Shown one piece after another: positions 61,311 through 64,000 of a stretch of 64,000 bases of DNA. The number at the start of each line of letters is the position of its first letter. Within the stretch, counting starts at the first letter, position 1. Under the pieces are notes generated by a model. That model was not told where the DNA came from. It did no database searches and worked only from the letters and a program-made list of their open reading frames with translations. This stretch comes from Okamejei kenojei. Lineage: Eukaryota. The translations under genes and the position numbers were made by a program. The DNA lies in assembly GCA_035221665.1 (NCBI GenBank), contig CM069139.1, forward strand, positions 56,482,001-56,546,000, written 5' to 3'.

Positions 61311-62145
61311 CGTGTTCAAGGAACTGAAGGAACTCAGTGGTGCAAACATGAGAGAGAGCAAACAGGGAGAATGATTACTTGCTCACTGGGAAACACCACC
61401 TCCTCAAACCCTGTCAGCAATGTAGCACTGTCTGGCCTCAGCCCACCCTGAACCTCTGAGCAGATCATTGCCCATGTGGTGAACTTGAAAGTGAGACCGA
61501 GATTTCTAAATGTGATTCAATTCACAAGTATAAGGTACAATTTATTTTTGATGAAAAATTGATTTTTGTTCTGGAAATTCTTCACTTTGATGTGGCGCTG
61601 GTCAATCTTTCTCTTACAAGCATATACATTTGGAGCAAAGGTACCACTCACTTCCTCCAGCTTCTTTTCCCATTCAATAAAATCACAGCCAATTGGATTG
61701 TAATCTCAATACCACATTTCTGCTACCCCAATTAAGCTTTCAGACCCTGCATTATCAAGAATGCACTTAGTGCGACCATAACACTTTAAAAAAATCCACT
61801 TCTACCGTCACTTGAAGAAGACAATTCACATGAAGTAGAAACACTCGTAACACCGAAAAAGAAAAGGTATGTGTCTTAAAGAAGTAAACCTTCACTGTTA
61901 AACTGTGACCCCAGTTCTAAATCCTCTCACAAGAGGAAACATTCTGACAAAGGATTGCAAACCCAAGATGTTACATTTCTCTTTCCACAAGTGCTGCCTG
62001 ACTTGCTGGGCTATGCCAGCATTTTGTGGTTTTGTTTCAGCTACTCAGAAACTCAGAGGGCCCTGCAATCTCAGATTGTAAGTAAACCTGTCAATGTTGC
62101 ACCACATTACTTCCAACTATGCCGAGATAAACAACCTCATTTTAA

Positions 62146-62314
62146 TGTTGGCACAAAGAACTGCAGATGCTGGTTTATACCTTGGATTGACACTAAGTAC
62201 TTCCCCCGCCTCCCCACTTTCAGTCTGAAGAACGTTCCCAACCCGAAATGTCACCTATCCCTTTTCTCCAGAGACGCTGCCCGACCCCCTGAGTTACTCC
62301 AGCACTTTGTGTCT
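62146..62314. mobile_element. Penelope-derived mini-element with 16-bp TSD
   Basis: TSD AACAACCTCATTTTAA at 62130-62145 and 62315-62330. Inverted terminal piece plus degenerate hammerhead motif at 62225-62252. Confidence 0.85.
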
Positions 62315-63029
62315 AACAACCTCATTTTAAAAACGATCGGCAACAAAACTAGACTTGACAAAGTTTCTGTGTTTCTGCCCCAAAAGAAAAGCAGTGTGCC
62401 TGAAGTTATTTTCATGAGGAAGCCTCTAGTTTCTTGCCCAATGGAACAAATTCTACAACAGTCTGTTTCCTTATGCTGTAAGCAGGAAGTCAAAATTTAC
62501 AAGCAATATATGTATAGACCTGGTAAATATCCACAGGATACATCTTTGAACCGCTCAACATTTAAATTTTCTGACAGCTGTTCCAGGATGGCATTATCAG
62601 ATACTGTCCAAGGGTCACATGGAGAAAGTCGGCTGTTTAATTTGTGGACTAATGACACCATTGGGTTAACGGCACTACTTTGGAAACTATATGGTTTAAC
62701 GGATGCTCTGGAATTCCTAACCCCGCTTTCCATTAGTTTGGCCAAATCTAATTTTGATTACTTTCCACCCAGCAGGAACGTTGTAAAATTGTCGAACAGG
62801 CAGTCAACACTTTGCTACTTTGCTATACTATCACCCACTATTGAGAGAATTTCCATCCTTCCTTGTTGAAAAAAACAGTTGCCTTTCTGAATTCCCTGAC
62901 ATAGGTTGATACATATCTTGATGGGTAAAACCTTTACATGATTTTTTTAAATGGTTTAATTATTGAGAAAAATAATGTTGTCAGAGGCAAAATAATGGAA
63001 TGGTCCCTGATTCATTATCTGAGCTCTCA

Positions 63030-63226
63030 AAATGTAGAAACGAGGAACTGCGGATGCTGGATAATATACAAAAGGACGCAAAGTGCTGGAGTAACTCAGC
63101 AGGTCAGGCAGCATCTCTGGAGAACATGGATAGGTGATGTTTCGGGTCTCGACTCAAAACGTCATCTATCTATGTTCTCCAGATATGCTGCCTGACCTGC
63201 TGAGTTACTCCAGCACTGTGTGTCCC
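63030..63226. mobile_element. Palindromic Penelope-derived mini-element with 12-bp TSD
   Basis: TSD TCTGAGCTCTCA at 63018-63029 and 63227-63238. 63074-63225 is a near-perfect palindrome centred on the hammerhead stem II (63144-63155). Confidence 0.87.
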
Positions 63227-63339
63227 TCTGAGCTCTCACTTGGAGTGATACATTGGACTCTATAAAAATCTAAAGACCTACATTATTTGCATCTCCTCAT
63301 CAAAATGCAGGAACAAACATTCCTCGACTGACCAAATAA

Positions 63340-63705
63340 AGTTCATAAGTTTATAGGAGTAGAATTAGGCCATTCGGTCCATCAAGTCTACTCCACCATT
63401 CAATCATGGCTGATCTATTTTACCCTCTCAACCCCATTCTCCAGCCTTCTCCCCATAACCCCTGACACCTGTACTAATCAAGAATCTGTCAATCTGCGCC
63501 TCAAAAATATAGAATGACTTTGCCTCCACAGCCATTTGTGACAATGAATTCCACAGATTCACCACCCTCTGACTAAAGAAATCCCTCCTCATCTCTTTTC
63601 TAAAGGTACATCCTTTTATTCTGAGGCTTTGGCCTATGGTCCCAGGCTCTCCCACTTGTGGAAACATCCTCTCCACATCCACTATCCAGGCTTTTCACTA
63701 TTCGG
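63340..63705 (-). mobile_element. CR1-type LINE 3' fragment
   Basis: DVERMFPQVGE...SLRIKG...RRDFFSQRVVNLWNSL. Confidence 0.85.
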
Positions 63706-64000
63706 AAAGTATTATTTTCTGTGAATACTTTTCTGGTTATTCCTGTGTACCCAGTTGCATTTTATTGTCTATTCTCTGTTGCCCTGAAGCAATTTAATAT
63801 GATGGAGGGTTTGCTAGGCTACACCATTCTTGGTTGGAAATCACAGATATGCCAGCAAGGTTAAAGCTAAGGATTTCTTCCCTAAAAAATCTTTGTGATC
63901 CAGTTGGGATTTAAATAATCTGAAATTTGCATAATTTCCAGATATAAAACTAAACTACATTCTATTTAACATGCTGACATGTTGGGTTTGAATATAACAT

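Noticed and set aside
62497-62745. 82-aa minus-strand ORF as a candidate upstream DPH6 exon
   Set aside because: The translation does not resemble the expected Dph6 Rid-like segment and I found no matching phase-0 donor.
61955-62869. 304-aa plus-strand ORF
   Set aside because: No ATG start. It runs through two Penelope-derived repeats, including the TSD-flanked 62146-62314, shows no recognisable domain and is antisense to DPH6. Likely a chance open frame.

Overview
Eukaryotic, repeat-rich vertebrate DNA. The HE1-type V-SINEs, CR1/HER1-type LINEs and Deu-SINE point to a cartilaginous fish, probably a skate or ray (inference). The only host gene I can support is the 3' end of DPH6 (diphthine-ammonia ligase, long form with YjgF/Rid-like tail) on the minus strand: a 391-nt exon (51004-51394) splices in phase to a terminal coding exon (14124-14242) across a ~36.8 kb intron. 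The rest is mostly transposable elements: a full-length Passport-like Tc1 element nested in a CR1, a full-length L1 with a 15-bp TSD and a nested CR1, a second L1 fragment abutting the DPH6 splice acceptor, many CR1, Rex1/Babar and SINE copies, a 5-bp-TSD DNA element and a head-to-tail array of three non-autonomous Helitrons. The most striking signal is a family of Penelope-derived repeats carrying a minimal hammerhead-ribozyme motif (CTGAAGA-A-stemII-GAAACGTC). Several occur as short, ORF-less, hairpin-shaped mini-elements with 11-16 bp TSDs. Local inverted duplications and candidate conserved non-coding blocks are also noted. Repeat boundaries are approximate unless a TSD or terminus is quoted.
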